The position numbers and the translations under genes were made by a program. This document shows, one piece after another, positions 36,128 to 47,811 of a DNA stretch of 64,000 bases. Each line of letters begins with the position of its first letter. Position 1 is the first letter of the stretch. The stretch is taken from assembly GCF_057098645.1 (NCBI RefSeq), contig NZ_CM169472.1. One strand, written 5' to 3'. The notes beneath the pieces are model-generated. The model ran no database searches and was not told the origin of the DNA. It worked only from the letters and a program-made list of their open reading frames with translations.

Positions 36128-37315
36128 ATGTTCCCTGTTTCATCAATTGGTAATGAATTTAGTAGTGATTTAGTCCGTCGGAAAATGAATGATCTTCCTG
36201 AAAGCCCCATAGTTAATAACCTCGAAGCACTAGCACCAGGTATAGAAAAACTAAAACAGACCTCTATTGAAATGGTCACTTTACTTAACGCGTTACAACC
36301 AGGTGGGAAATGTGTTATCACTGGTGATTTTCAAAAAGAATTAGCGTACTTACAAAATGTAATTCTTTATAATGATTCGTCTCTTCGTATGGATTTTTTT
36401 GGTTATAACGCCCGAATTATTCAACGATCGGACAATACCTGCGAACTTACAATTAATGAACCGTTAAAAAACCAGGAAATATCCACAGGCAATATCAATG
36501 TTAATTGTCCATTGAAAGATATTTACAATGAAATCAGGAGGTTAAACGTAGTTTTTAGTTGTGGAACTGGAGGTATAGTTGATCTATCCTCTCTGGACTT
36601 ACGGAATGTCGATTTAGAACTTTATGAGTTTACAGATAAACATATGGCCAATGCAATTTTAAATCCTTTTAAATTGGATGACACAGATTTTACTAATGCC
36701 AACATGTTTCAGGTAAATTTCGTTAGTTCAAAACAAAACACCACAATCTCCTGGGATTATTTACTAAAAATAACGCCTGTTCTAACAAGCATTAGCGATA
36801 TGTATTCTGAAGAAAAAATTAAGCTTGTCGAAAGTTGTTTAAATGAGCTTGGAGATATTACCGAAGAACAATTAAAAATCATGAGATTTGCAATTATAGA
36901 ATCTATACCAAGAGCAACTCTAACAGATCAATTAGAAAATGAATTAACAAAAGAAATATATAAAAGCTCATCGAAAATCAACAATTACTTGAACAGAATT
37001 AAATTACCAGAGATGAAAGGATTCTCATCAGAAAAAATAGATTATTACATCGATATAATCATTAAAGATTATGAAAGCGTCAAAGAAAATACTTATCTTT
37101 TCGATCCAAAAATTAATTACAATACAGATTTAAATATAGAGGGTTCTAGCTCAGAGGAATTCCTTTCAGATAATACACTCGAGAAAGACGAAAATTCTCC
37201 TGACAATTGCTTTGAGGTTGTAAAATATAACACATATGAAGCATATAACTCAGAGAAGCAATATTTTACCAGAGAGGACTATACGTATGATTACGACCTT
37301 TTAAATGCAATATAG
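36128..37315 (+). CDS. yhaC: YhaC, uncharacterized protein, AT-rich, with a pentapeptide-repeat-like stretch
   Basis: 395-aa ORF; N/D/L-rich segment LRNVDLELYEFTDKHMANAILNPFKLDDTDFTNANMFQVNF. Confidence 0.75.
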   Translation: MFPVSSIGNEFSSDLVRRKMNDLPESPIVNNLEALAPGIEKLKQTSIEMVTLLNALQPGGKCVITGDFQKELAYLQNVILYNDSSLRMDFFGYNARIIQRSDNTCELTINEPLKNQEISTGNINVNCPLKDIYNEIRRLNVVFSCGTGGIVDLSSLDLRNVDLELYEFTDKHMANAILNPFKLDDTDFTNANMFQVNFVSSKQNTTISWDYLLKITPVLTSISDMYSEEKIKLVESCLNELGDITEEQLKIMRFAIIESIPRATLTDQLENELTKEIYKSSSKINNYLNRIKLPEMKGFSSEKIDYYIDIIIKDYESVKENTYLFDPKINYNTDLNIEGSSSEEFLSDNTLEKDENSPDNCFEVVKYNTYEAYNSEKQYFTREDYTYDYDLLNAI

Positions 37316-37430
37316 ACTTAATAACTTCTTACAAAGTCTATTATTAATACCGTAGATATTCATCTTACCCTGTGCACCAAAAGCAAAAACTTATCGACGC
37401 GGGTTTGAAACTGATGGCAACCGCAAAAAT

Positions 37431-37528
37431 GCCTGATGCGCTACGCTTATCAGGCCTACGCCATCTCTGCAATATATTGAATTTGCGTGCTTTTGTAGGC
37501 AGGATAAGGCGTTCACGCCGCATCCGGC
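37431..37528. repeat. REP/BIME elements
   Basis: gcctgatgcgctacgcttatcaggcctac and taggcaggataaggcgttcacgccgcatccggca. Confidence 0.6.
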
Positions 37529-37582
37529 ATGAATAAAGCGCACTCAACAGTCTGAAACCCGCCGGAACGGTTTATTACGTAC

Positions 37583-37808
37583 ATCAGGTGAAACTGACCG
37601 ATAAGCCGCTTTCTTTTGGGTCTAGCGTCGTGGACAGTCATTCATCTTTCTGCCCCTCTAAAAGCAAAAACCCGCCGAAGCGGGTTTTTACGTAAATCAG
37701 GTGAAACTGACCGATAAGCCGCTTTCTTTTGGGTATAGTGTCGTGGACAGTCATTCATCTTTCTGCCCCTCCAAAAGCAAAAACCCGCCGAAGCGGGTTT
37801 TTACGTAA
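37583..37808 (-). repeat. Two tandem 113-bp repeats downstream of rnpB, each copying the rnpB 3' end plus a terminator hairpin
   Basis: Units 37583..37695 and 37696..37808 are near-identical and each contain aaaacccgccgaagcgggttttt; the rnpB 3' end (from 37809) is a third, partial copy. Confidence 0.85.
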
Positions 37809-37811
37809 ATC

Positions 37812-38189
<378 letters not shown>

Positions 38190-38220
38190 GCGCGCAGTAT
38201 AGAGGGTTTGCGCGCCCTTG

Positions 38221-39366
38221 TCACCCCGCGTTGCGCATTCCAATCGCCAGTGTCGCGGCGATATTACGTGAAGCACGGTAGATATTGTCATAAGCCCCGC
38301 GGAATGCTTCGTCCAACGTACCAATGCTGGTCAGTACGCTGAAGACCGCATCAATACCATGCTGATGTACAACGCCAACATCATCGGTCAGGCTACCCGC
38401 AATGCCAATCACCGGTTTATGGTACTTCTTCGCCACGTTTGCGACGCCAATCGGTACCTTGCCGTGAATACTCTGGCTGTCAATACGCCCTTCACCGGTG
38501 ATCACCAGCGTACAATCGTGAATATGTTCCTCCAGATTCAGCGCCGTAGTGACGATTTCAATACCACTTTTCAGTTCCGCACCAAGAAACGCCATCAGCG
38601 CCGCTCCCATACCGCCAGCAGCACCTGCGCCGGGGACATCTTTCACATCAACATGCAGTGCTTTTTTAATGACCTCGGCATAGTGAGAGAGGTTATTGTC
38701 CAGCTCAACAATCATCGCTTCACTGGCTCCCTTTTGTGGGCCAAAGATGCGCGATGCGCCGTTATCGCCCACCAGCGGATTGGTGACATCACAAGCGACG
38801 CGAATGACGCAATCTTTTAAGCGCGGATCGAGGCCGGAAATATCAATATCATTCAGAGTATTAAGACTACCGCCGCCAAAACCAATTTCATTGCCGTTGG
38901 CGTCGCATAATTTCGCCCCCAGCGCCTGTACCATGCCTACGCCGCCATCATTTGTAGCGCTGCCGCCAATGCCGATAATAATGTTTGTCGCGCCGCTCTC
39001 CAGCGCCTGCAGGATTAACTCGCCTGTGCCGCGTGAAGTGGTCACGAGTGGATCGCGTTTTTCCGCAGGTACCAGCTCCAGCCCACTGGCCGCCGCCATT
39101 TCAATAAACGCGGTTTTGCCATCGCCGGAGATCCCCCAACTGGCATTCACTTTCTCGCCCAGCGGCCCTGTAACCCAGGCGTGACGTTCGGAACCCTGGG
39201 TGGCTGCAATCATCGCTTCCACCGTTCCTTCGCCACCGTCGGCAACAGGAACAGAAACGTACTGTGCATCAGGAAAAATTTCCCGAAATCCTTTTTCTAT
39301 CGCCTGCGCAACCTCGCTGGCAGATAAACTTTCTTTATAAGAGTCTGGGGCGATTACGATTTTCAT
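38221..39366 (-). CDS. garK: Glycerate 2-kinase GarK
   Basis: ORF 38221..39447 trimmed to MKIVIAPDSYKESL.. (381 aa). Confidence 0.9.
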   Translation of the reverse strand: MKIVIAPDSYKESLSASEVAQAIEKGFREIFPDAQYVSVPVADGGEGTVEAMIAATQGSERHAWVTGPLGEKVNASWGISGDGKTAFIEMAAASGLELVPAEKRDPLVTTSRGTGELILQALESGATNIIIGIGGSATNDGGVGMVQALGAKLCDANGNEIGFGGGSLNTLNDIDISGLDPRLKDCVIRVACDVTNPLVGDNGASRIFGPQKGASEAMIVELDNNLSHYAEVIKKALHVDVKDVPGAGAAGGMGAALMAFLGAELKSGIEIVTTALNLEEHIHDCTLVITGEGRIDSQSIHGKVPIGVANVAKKYHKPVIGIAGSLTDDVGVVHQHGIDAVFSVLTSIGTLDEAFRGAYDNIYRASRNIAATLAIGMRNAG

Positions 39367-39462
39367 ACCTATGCCTGTTACCACATGACGCCGGAGGGCG
39401 TTTCTCTTATTCGGCCTGGATTCCAGGCCCGGATTGCAATACGCCATCCGGGCACGACGTCA

Positions 39463-40347
39463 TTAACGAGTAACTTCGACTTTCGCCAGTTTTTCGTAGT
39501 AGCACGCCAGGGCGCTATGATCCGCCGTTCCTAAACCATCTGCACGCAGTGCCTGCATCATCTCCATAACCGCAGCTGTGAGCGGCAGTTGTGCGCCGAC
39601 GCCGTGAGAAGTATCCAGCGCATTCGCCAGATCCTTAATATGCAGATCAATGCGGAAGCCCGGCTTGAAGTTGCGGTCCATCACCATCGGCGCTTTGGCA
39701 TCCAGCACGGTACTGCCCGCCAGCCCACCGCGAATTGCCTGATAAACCAGGTCAGGGTTAACGCCCGCTTTAGTTGCCAGCGTTAACGCTTCTGACATCG
39801 CAGCAATATTCAGCGCCACAATGACCTGATTTGCCAGTTTGGTGACGTTACCTGCACCGATTTCCCCGGTATGCACCACGGAACCCGCCATCGCTTTCAT
39901 CAAATCATAGTATTTGTCGAAAATAGCCTTGTCGCCGCCTACCATCACTGACAGCGTACCGTCGATGGCTTTCGGTTCACCGCCGCTCACCGGAGCATCC
40001 AGCATATCAATGCCTTTCGCTTTCAGCGCTTCGCTGATTTCACGGCTTGCCAGCGGTGCGATAGAACTCATATCGATCAATACCGTACCTGGCTTCGCGC
40101 CTTCAATAATGCCATTCTCACCCAGCGCCACCTCTTTCACATGAGGGGAGTTTGGCAGCATGGTTATGATGACGTCGCACTGTTCAGCGATCGCTTTAGC
40201 CGTAGACGCTGTTTCTGCACCTGCAGCAATCACGTCAGCAATAGCTTCTGGGTTACGGTCAGCAACCACCAGCGAGTAACCTGCTTTCAGAAGGTTTTTA
40301 CTCATTGGTTTACCCATAATCCCCAGGCCAATAAAACCAACTTTCAT
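39463..40347 (-). CDS. garR: Tartronate semialdehyde reductase GarR
   Basis: ORF 39463..40362 trimmed to MKVGFIGLGIMG.. Confidence 0.9.
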   Translation of the reverse strand: MKVGFIGLGIMGKPMSKNLLKAGYSLVVADRNPEAIADVIAAGAETASTAKAIAEQCDVIITMLPNSPHVKEVALGENGIIEGAKPGTVLIDMSSIAPLASREISEALKAKGIDMLDAPVSGGEPKAIDGTLSVMVGGDKAIFDKYYDLMKAMAGSVVHTGEIGAGNVTKLANQVIVALNIAAMSEALTLATKAGVNPDLVYQAIRGGLAGSTVLDAKAPMVMDRNFKPGFRIDLHIKDLANALDTSHGVGAQLPLTAAVMEMMQALRADGLGTADHSALACYYEKLAKVEVTR

Positions 40348-40382
40348 AGTCATATCAATCATCTCTCTTGTTGCGGTGGTGG

Positions 40383-41153
40383 TTATTTTTTAAAGGCATC
40401 AGCCAGTTTCTGAGTGGCAGAGCGGAAGACGCCGAGATCGCTGCCGACAGCCACAAACGTCGCGCCCCATGCCAGATAACGACGCGCATCGGCTTCGACC
40501 GGCGCGAGGATACCGCTGGGTTTGCCGTGCGCGCTGGCACGGTTAAAAATGTGCTGAATTGCTTTTTGTACATCCGGGTGCGAGGCATTGCCGAGATGGC
40601 CTAATGCCGCAGCCAGATCGCTGGGGCCGACGAAGATGCCGTCTACGCCTTCGGTAGCGGCAATGGCATCGACGTTATCTACGCCCTGCTGACTTTCTAT
40701 CTGGACCAGAATAGTGATGTTCTTGTTCGACTGAGCGAAATAATCCGCCACGGTGCCAAACATATTGGCGCGGTGAGAAACGGAGACGCCGCGAATGCCT
40801 TCTGGCGGATAACGCGTCGATGCCACCGCCTGCTCTGCTTCCTCTTTTGTTTCTACAAAAGGAATCAGGAAGTTATAGAAACCGATATCCAGAAGACGCT
40901 TAATAATTACCGGCTCGTTGGTCGGCACTCGTACTACTGGCGCGCTGGCGCTGCCTTTCAGGGCCATTAACTGCGGAATAAACGTGGAGATATCGTTTGG
41001 CGCATGTTCGCCATCCAGCACCAGCCAGTCAAACCCAGCCAAACCAAGAACTTCAGTGCTAATCGGGTTAGAGAGTGCTGACCAGCAACCAATTTGTACC
41101 TGTTTCGCAGCCAGTGCGGCTTTGAATTTATTCGGGAAAACATCGTTATTCAT
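40383..41153 (-). CDS. garL: 5-keto-4-deoxy-D-glucarate aldolase GarL
   Basis: 256-aa ORF. Confidence 0.9.
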   Translation of the reverse strand: MNNDVFPNKFKAALAAKQVQIGCWSALSNPISTEVLGLAGFDWLVLDGEHAPNDISTFIPQLMALKGSASAPVVRVPTNEPVIIKRLLDIGFYNFLIPFVETKEEAEQAVASTRYPPEGIRGVSVSHRANMFGTVADYFAQSNKNITILVQIESQQGVDNVDAIAATEGVDGIFVGPSDLAAALGHLGNASHPDVQKAIQHIFNRASAHGKPSGILAPVEADARRYLAWGATFVAVGSDLGVFRSATQKLADAFKK

Positions 41154-41168
41154 CGCTTATACCTTTGC

Positions 41169-42503
41169 TTATTTCTGCAATTCCATACGTTTAATGTCGC
41201 CAACTACGAAGAGGTAGCAGACCATCGCCATCAGCGCTGAACATCCCACGAAAACCAGTGCTGCATTGAAGGAGTGCAGTTCACTTACCAGGTAGCCAAT
41301 CACCAGTGGAGTGACAATGGAGGCAACATTACCAAAGACGTTAAAGACGCCGCCGCAGAGGCCAACAATCTCTTTCGGCGCGGTGTCAGAAATTACCGGC
41401 CAGCCCAGCGCACCAAATCCTTTGCCAAAGAAAGCCAGCGCCATCAGCATGACCACCAGCGTGGTGTTGTTGGTGTAGTTACATAAGATGATGGTGGAAG
41501 CCAGCAACATTCCCAGCACAATCGGTAGCTTACGTGCCAGGGTCAGGGATAAACCGCGTTTGATCAGATAATCCGAGAAGACACCTCCCAGCACGCCGCC
41601 CGCAAAACCACACAGTGCCGGAATCGAGGCGACCAGACCCACTTTCAGAATCGACATGCCTTTTTCCTGCACCAGATAAATCGGGAACCAGGTGAGGAAG
41701 AACCAGGTGATGGTGTTGATAAAATATTGTCCGAAAAATACGCCAAGCATCATGCGGTTAGAGAGCAATTGCTTGATGTAATGCAGTTTGGGTCCGCTTG
41801 CTGCCGCACTGCCCGGCTTTTTGTGGTCCATATCGACCACCGCGCCATTTTCAGAGATAAACTTCAGCTCTTCCGCAGACATACGTGGGTGATCTGTCGG
41901 GTTATGAATCAACTTTATCCACAGCGCCGTCAGCACAAAACCAATCCCCCCCATAACGGTAAAGACGTGCTCCCAGCCCCAGGCGAAAGTCAGCCAGCCA
42001 AGCAGAGGCGAAAAGAGCGCCAGCGAGAAATATTGCGCCGAGTTAAAGATGGCGGAGGCAGTACCACGTTCTTTCGTCGGGAACCAGGCGGCGACAATAC
42101 GGGCGTTCGCCGGGAATGATGGCGCTTCCGAAAACCCCAGCATAAAGCGCATAAAGAACATGGAGATCCCTGCCCAGGCCAGCGGGAACATATCAACAAA
42201 GCCTTGCAGGAAGGTGAATAGCGACCAGAAAAAGAGGCTATAGGTGTAAACTTTTTTCGAGCCAAACTTATCAAGCAGCCAGCCGCCGGGGATTTGCATC
42301 AGCAAGTAGGCCCAGCCAAAAGCAGAAAAGATGTAACCCATCGAAACCGCACTTAACTGCAACTCTTTTGCCACTTCGGTACCAGCAATAGACAGCGTTG
42401 CACGATCGGCGTAGTTAACGGCGGTAACAATAAAAATAATCAGTAATATTAAATAGCGGGTATGCACGCCTTTCTTTTTTTCGTCAACGGTGTCCAGAAT
42501 CAT
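41169..42503 (-). CDS. garP: Galactarate/glucarate transporter GarP (MFS)
   Basis: 444-aa ORF. Confidence 0.9.
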   Translation of the reverse strand: MILDTVDEKKKGVHTRYLILLIIFIVTAVNYADRATLSIAGTEVAKELQLSAVSMGYIFSAFGWAYLLMQIPGGWLLDKFGSKKVYTYSLFFWSLFTFLQGFVDMFPLAWAGISMFFMRFMLGFSEAPSFPANARIVAAWFPTKERGTASAIFNSAQYFSLALFSPLLGWLTFAWGWEHVFTVMGGIGFVLTALWIKLIHNPTDHPRMSAEELKFISENGAVVDMDHKKPGSAAASGPKLHYIKQLLSNRMMLGVFFGQYFINTITWFFLTWFPIYLVQEKGMSILKVGLVASIPALCGFAGGVLGGVFSDYLIKRGLSLTLARKLPIVLGMLLASTIILCNYTNNTTLVVMLMALAFFGKGFGALGWPVISDTAPKEIVGLCGGVFNVFGNVASIVTPLVIGYLVSELHSFNAALVFVGCSALMAMVCYLFVVGDIKRMELQK

Positions 42504-42877
42504 TTTATTTACCTCGGGTACTTATGCTGATTTTTATTATTATGGGGAAGGTGTTATTTATGAGTTTCATTTATGCCGTAACGACAATGAACTCGGGAAT
42601 TAGTATAAGCAGCGCGAGAATAATAATCATTGTGCAAATGCTAATTTAATTAATACTATTTAAATATTATTTTGAGCATATGCACATAAGGTTGCGCGCT
42701 AAAGCACAGATTTGCGCTTTACCTTGCCGGGCGGCACTGCAATCCCTGAAATGATTGACATTGATCACATTTCTGCGTTTAAACTCCTGACATTCTTATT
42801 TCACCCAATGAAGTCATTTATTTTTAAATGAGACCAGGTCCTCATTTTAATAACCCCTGGCTGGAGAATATTGCACA

Positions 42878-44449
42878 ATGGCCAACATCGAAATCAGACA
42901 AGAAACGCCAACTGCGTTTTATATAAAAGTTCACGACACAGATAATGTGGCAATTATTGTTAATGATAATGGCCTGAAAACAGGAACGCGTTTTCCGGAT
43001 GGGCTGGAATTAATTGAACATATTCCCCAGGGGCATAAAGTCGCATTGCTGGACATTCCGGCTAATGGTGAAATTATTCGTTATGGCGAAGTGATTGGTT
43101 ACGCCGTGCGTGCAATCCCACGCGGAAGCTGGATCGACGAATCAATGGTTGTACTACCGGAAGCGCCGCCGTTACACACGCTGCCACTGGCAACCAAAGT
43201 CCCGGAACCCTTACCGCCGCTGGAAGGATACACCTTTGAGGGCTATCGCAATGCCGATGGCAGCGTGGGCACCAAAAACCTGCTTGGCATCACCACCAGC
43301 GTCCACTGTGTGGCAGGCGTGGTGGACTACGTAGTAAAAATCATTGAACGCGATCTGCTACCGAAATACCCGAACGTCGATGGCGTGGTGGGGCTGAATC
43401 ATTTGTACGGTTGTGGCGTGGCGATTAACGCACCGGCGGCAGTTGTACCTATCCGTACCATTCACAATATTTCGCTGAATCCTAACTTTGGCGGCGAAGT
43501 AATGGTGATTGGCCTGGGTTGTGAAAAGTTGCAGCCTGAGCGCCTGCTGACTGGAACGGATGATGTGCAAGCTATTCCAGTAGAAAGCGCCAGCATTGTC
43601 AGTTTGCAGGATGAAAAGCATGTCGGTTTTCAGTCCATGGTCGAGGATATTTTGCAGGTCGCCGAACGCCATCTACAAAAACTGAATCAACGTCAGCGAG
43701 AAACCTGTCCGGCTTCAGAACTGGTTGTCGGCATGCAGTGCGGTGGCAGCGATGCCTTTTCTGGCGTAACGGCAAACCCGGCGGTTGGGTATGCGTCTGA
43801 TCTACTGGTGCGCTGCGGCGCAACGGTGATGTTTTCAGAAGTCACGGAAGTGCGTGACGCGATCCATCTGCTGACACCACGCGCAGTGAACGAAGAGGTC
43901 GGCAAACGGCTGCTGGAGGAGATGGAGTGGTACGATAACTATCTCAATATGGGAAAAACCGACCGCAGCGCCAACCCTTCGCCGGGCAACAAGAAAGGCG
44001 GTCTGGCAAACGTGGTAGAGAAAGCGCTCGGCTCCATTGCTAAATCGGGTAAAAGTGCAATTGTTGAAGTGCTGTCGCCCGGTCAACGCCCGACTAAACG
44101 CGGATTAATTTACGCCGCGACGCCAGCCAGCGATTTTGTCTGTGGCACGCAACAGGTGGCTTCGGGTATCACAGTGCAAGTGTTTACGACCGGCCGTGGT
44201 ACGCCGTACGGCCTGATGGCGGTACCCGTCATTAAAATGGCAACCCGCACCGAGCTGGCGAACCGCTGGTTTGATTTAATGGATATTAACGCGGGCACTA
44301 TCGCCACCGGCGAAGAAACCATTGAAGAGGTGGGCTGGAAGTTGTTCCACTTTATTCTCGACGTCGCCAGCGGGAAGAAGAAAACCTTCTCGGATCAATG
44401 GGGACTGCATAACCAGCTGGCGGTGTTTAACCCGGCACCGGTGACCTGA
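42878..44449 (+). CDS. garD: Galactarate dehydratase GarD
   Basis: 523-aa ORF divergent from garPLRK. Confidence 0.95.
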   Translation: MANIEIRQETPTAFYIKVHDTDNVAIIVNDNGLKTGTRFPDGLELIEHIPQGHKVALLDIPANGEIIRYGEVIGYAVRAIPRGSWIDESMVVLPEAPPLHTLPLATKVPEPLPPLEGYTFEGYRNADGSVGTKNLLGITTSVHCVAGVVDYVVKIIERDLLPKYPNVDGVVGLNHLYGCGVAINAPAAVVPIRTIHNISLNPNFGGEVMVIGLGCEKLQPERLLTGTDDVQAIPVESASIVSLQDEKHVGFQSMVEDILQVAERHLQKLNQRQRETCPASELVVGMQCGGSDAFSGVTANPAVGYASDLLVRCGATVMFSEVTEVRDAIHLLTPRAVNEEVGKRLLEEMEWYDNYLNMGKTDRSANPSPGNKKGGLANVVEKALGSIAKSGKSAIVEVLSPGQRPTKRGLIYAATPASDFVCGTQQVASGITVQVFTTGRGTPYGLMAVPVIKMATRTELANRWFDLMDINAGTIATGEETIEEVGWKLFHFILDVASGKKKTFSDQWGLHNQLAVFNPAPVT

Positions 44450-44471
44450 TTTCTTTTGGAACGTCCCTCGC

Positions 44472-44500
44472 AAAACATGGCCTTAGTGCCATGTTTTTAT
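44472..44500 (+). terminator. Rho-independent terminator after garD
   Basis: aaaacatggc cttagt gccatgtttt followed by tat. Confidence 0.6.
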
Positions 44501-44509
44501 TGTTTAAAG

Positions 44510-44596
44510 CCCCCACGTCCATTAATAATGCATTTGCATTACTTTGCTGAAGCTTATAATTTGAGCAGAAAACAGGCTGTAAAAGTACAGTGCCTA
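44510..44596 (+). promoter_or_regulatory. prlF-yhaV promoter/operator with palindrome aatgcatttgcatt
   Basis: Inverted repeat at 44527..44540 upstream of the prlF start. Confidence 0.4.
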
Positions 44597-44932
44597 ATGC
44601 CCGCTAATGCTCGCTCTCACGCTGTACTGACCACTGAATCAAAGGTCACGATACGCGGACAAACAACTATCCCCGCGCCAGTGCGTGAGGCCTTAAAACT
44701 GAAGCCAGGCCTGGACAACATTCATTACGAAATTCTGCCTGGTGGGCAAGTATTTATGTGCCGACTGGGAGATGAACAGGAGGATCATACTATGAATGCA
44801 TTTTTGCGTTTTCTGGATGCAGATATCCAGAACAACCCGCAAAAAACTCGTCCATTCGACATTCAACAAGGAAAGAAACTTGTCGCTGGCATGGACGTCA
44901 ACATTGATGATGAGATTGGCGACGACGAATAA
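44597..44932 (+). CDS. prlF: PrlF (SohA) antitoxin, AbrB/SpoVT-type
   Basis: ORF 44456..44932 trimmed to MPANARSHAVLTTESKVTIRGQTTIP.. (111 aa). Confidence 0.85.
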   Translation: MPANARSHAVLTTESKVTIRGQTTIPAPVREALKLKPGLDNIHYEILPGGQVFMCRLGDEQEDHTMNAFLRFLDADIQNNPQKTRPFDIQQGKKLVAGMDVNIDDEIGDDE

Positions 44933-45396
44933 TGGATTTTCCACAAAGGGTTAATAGTTGGGCGCTATATGCTCATCCCTGTTTTCAGGAAACCTACGAC
45001 GCTTTAGTTGCCGAAGTCGAGACATTAAAGGGAAAAGATCCTGAAAATTATTAGAGAAATGCCGCCACAAAGTTATTGGCAGCAGTTCACAAAGTGATTG
45101 AGGAGCATATCACGGTCAATCCATCATCGCCGGCATTCCGTCATGGCAAGTCGTTAGGCTCTGGGAAAAATAAAGACTGGTCACGGGTAAAATTTGGTGC
45201 TGGTCGTTATCGTCTCTTCTTTCGTTATAGTGAAAAAGAGAAAGTCATCATTCTGGGATGGATGAACGATGAAAACACTCTTCGCACCTACGGTAAAAAA
45301 ACAGATGCCTATACCGTATTCAGCAAAATGTTAAAAAGAGGACATCCTCCTGCCGACTGGGAAAGCCTCACCCAAGAGACAGAAGAAAACCATTGA
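44932..45396 (+). pseudogene. yhaV: yhaV toxin (ribosome-dependent RNase) with in-frame TAG at codon 41
   Basis: ATG at 44932 overlaps the prlF stop; MDFPQRVNSWALYAHPCFQETYDALVAEVETLKGKDPENY then TAG at 45052..45054; same frame continues as ..AAVHKVIEEHITVNPSSPAFRHGK.. to 45396. Confidence 0.8.
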
Positions 45397-45450
45397 TGGT
45401 GTTCACAATGCCCGCCGAACGCATTCGTGTTGACCAGCGGGCACCCTTTC

Positions 45451-46260
45451 TCACTCCCCGACCAGAATCACTTCAACCCCAGCCTTTCGCAGTCCTTCCA
45501 GGCTATCCGCAGGAATGCCTTCATCAACAATGATCATGTCGATACGTTGAGTATCAATGATCTTATGTAAACTGGAACGATTGAATTTACTGGAATCGGT
45601 GACCACGATGATCCGTTCCGCAACTTCGCACATCCGGCGGTTTAAACGGGCTTCATCTTCATTATGTGTGCTGACGCCGCGCTCCAGATCGATCGCATCT
45701 ACACCAAGAAACAGCATATCGAAGTGGTAATTTTGCAGCGATTGCTCAGCCTGATCGCCGTAAAAAGATTGCGACTGACGGCGCAAATGCCCGCCGGTCA
45801 TCAGCAGCTCAACGCCTTCCGCTTCCAGCAACGCATTAGCCACGTTCATACCGTTGGTCATCGCAATTACGTCAGTGTGCTTGCGCATCAGACGAGCAAT
45901 CTCAAAAGTGGTGGTCCCAGAATCGAGGATCACCCGATGACCTGGCTGAATCAACTCAACGGCAGCTTTCGCAACGCTGCGTTTCATTGCGGTGTTCAGC
46001 GCGCTTTTATCTTCCACTGATGGCTCGACTGACGGCGTTGTGCTATCGCAGATCAACGCGCCACCATAGGCACGCACAGCGATCCCCTGCTTTTCCAGAA
46101 ACGCCAGATCGTTGCGGATCGTCACAGTAGATACGCCATACAATGCCGACAGATCGTTAACCTGCACACTCCCTTGCTGTCGCAGACGCTGAATGATCTG
46201 TTCTCGTCGCTCGCTGGTGCCTGTCACTCGCTTCTCACCTGAAGCGTCGGTATTACTCAT
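45451..46260 (-). CDS. agaR: AgaR, DeoR-family repressor of the aga regulon
   Basis: 269-aa ORF. Confidence 0.9.
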
Positions 46261-46508
46261 AGTAAGTCCTTTCGTAAAACTTTCGTTTCATTTCGTTTTG
46301 CCTATTAACGCCTTTCTATTAAGCAAATGCAAGCCCACCTTGCCCATTGGCGCAAGCTACTCTCGTTTCAGTGACTTTCATTATGTTTCTTTTGTGAATC
46401 AGATCAGAAAACTATTATCTTTCGTTTTATTTTTATCTCACCATGACGCAGTATCAATTGAAACAAAACGAAAGATTAATATCGCAGTAATCTGAACTGG
46501 AGAGGAAA
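46261..46508. promoter_or_regulatory. agaR-kbaZ divergent control region with repeated CTTTCGTTT-type AgaR operator motifs
   Basis: cctttcgtaaaactttcgtttcatttcgtttt, tctttcgttttatt and aaacaaaacgaaagatt seen in the intergenic DNA. Confidence 0.55.
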
Positions 46509-47789
46509 GTGAAACATCTGACAGAAATGGTGAGACAGCACAAAGCGGGCAAAACAAATGGAATTTATGCCGTTTGTTCCGCACATCCGCTGGTGCTGGA
46601 GGCTGCAATCCGCTACGCCAGTGCAAACCAAACGCCGTTACTGATTGAAGCAACCTCCAATCAGGTAGACCAGTTCGGCGGTTATACCGGAATGACGCCC
46701 GCCGATTTTCGCGGCTTTGTTTGTCAGCTCGCCGACTCGTTGAATTTCCCGCAGGATGCGTTGATTCTGGGTGGTGACCATCTGGGGCCAAACCGCTGGC
46801 AAAACCTGCCGGCCGCTCAGGCAATGGCCAATGCCGATGATTTGATTAAAAGCTACGTTGCGGCAGGATTCAAAAAAATCCACCTTGATTGCAGCATGTC
46901 CTGTCAGGACGATCCGATTCCCTTAACTGATGACATCGTGGCTGAACGCGCCGCCCGTCTGGCGAAAGTGGCGGAAGAAACCTGTCTTGAACACTTTGCC
47001 GAAGCCGATCTGGAGTATGTCATTGGTACCGAAGTGCCGGTACCTGGCGGCGCGCATGAAACCTTAAGCGAGCTGGCGGTCACCACGCCGGATGCCGCCC
47101 GCGCCACGCTGGAAGCCCATCGTCACGCCTTTGAAAAGCAAGGTTTGAATGCCATCTGGCCACGCATCATTGCCCTGGTGGTTCAACCCGGCGTCGAATT
47201 CGATCACACCAACGTTATTGATTATCAGCCCGCCAAAGCGACCGCCTTAAGCCAGATGGTCGAAAACTACGAAACGCTGATTTTCGAAGCGCACTCTACC
47301 GATTATCAAACGCCGCAATCGCTGCGCCAGCTGGTGATTGACCACTTTGCCATTCTGAAAGTTGGCCCGGCGCTGACCTTCGCCCTGCGTGAAGCTCTGT
47401 TCTCTCTGGCAGCGATTGAAGAAGAACTGGTGCCAGCAAAAGCCTGTTCTGGTCTGCGTCAGGTGCTGGAAAACGTGATGCTCGACCGCCCGGAATACTG
47501 GCAAAGCCACTACCACGGTGACGGCAACGCGCGTCGTCTGGCGCGTGGTTATAGCTACTCGGATCGCGTGCGCTATTACTGGCCGGACAGCCAGATTGAT
47601 GACGCTTTCGCTCATCTGGTACGTAATCTGGCGGATTCACCAATTCCGCTGCCGCTGATCAGCCAGTATCTGCCGCTGCAGTACGTGAAAGTTCGCTCCG
47701 GCGAGCTGCAGCCAACGCCACGGGAACTCATTATCAACCATATTCAGGACATCCTGGCGCAGTACCACACAGCCTGTGAAGGCCAATAA
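46509..47789 (+). CDS. kbaZ: KbaZ, tagatose-1,6-bisphosphate aldolase non-catalytic subunit
   Basis: 426-aa ORF. Confidence 0.9.
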   Translation: MKHLTEMVRQHKAGKTNGIYAVCSAHPLVLEAAIRYASANQTPLLIEATSNQVDQFGGYTGMTPADFRGFVCQLADSLNFPQDALILGGDHLGPNRWQNLPAAQAMANADDLIKSYVAAGFKKIHLDCSMSCQDDPIPLTDDIVAERAARLAKVAEETCLEHFAEADLEYVIGTEVPVPGGAHETLSELAVTTPDAARATLEAHRHAFEKQGLNAIWPRIIALVVQPGVEFDHTNVIDYQPAKATALSQMVENYETLIFEAHSTDYQTPQSLRQLVIDHFAILKVGPALTFALREALFSLAAIEEELVPAKACSGLRQVLENVMLDRPEYWQSHYHGDGNARRLARGYSYSDRVRYYWPDSQIDDAFAHLVRNLADSPIPLPLISQYLPLQYVKVRSGELQPTPRELIINHIQDILAQYHTACEGQ

Positions 47790-47811
47790 GCAAAACAAAG
47801 AGGAACACGCT

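Noticed and set aside
37583-37808. Possible CRISPR array (tandem direct repeats)
   Set aside because: Repeat unit is 113 bp with no unique spacers and no cas genes nearby; these are the terminator repeats flanking rnpB.
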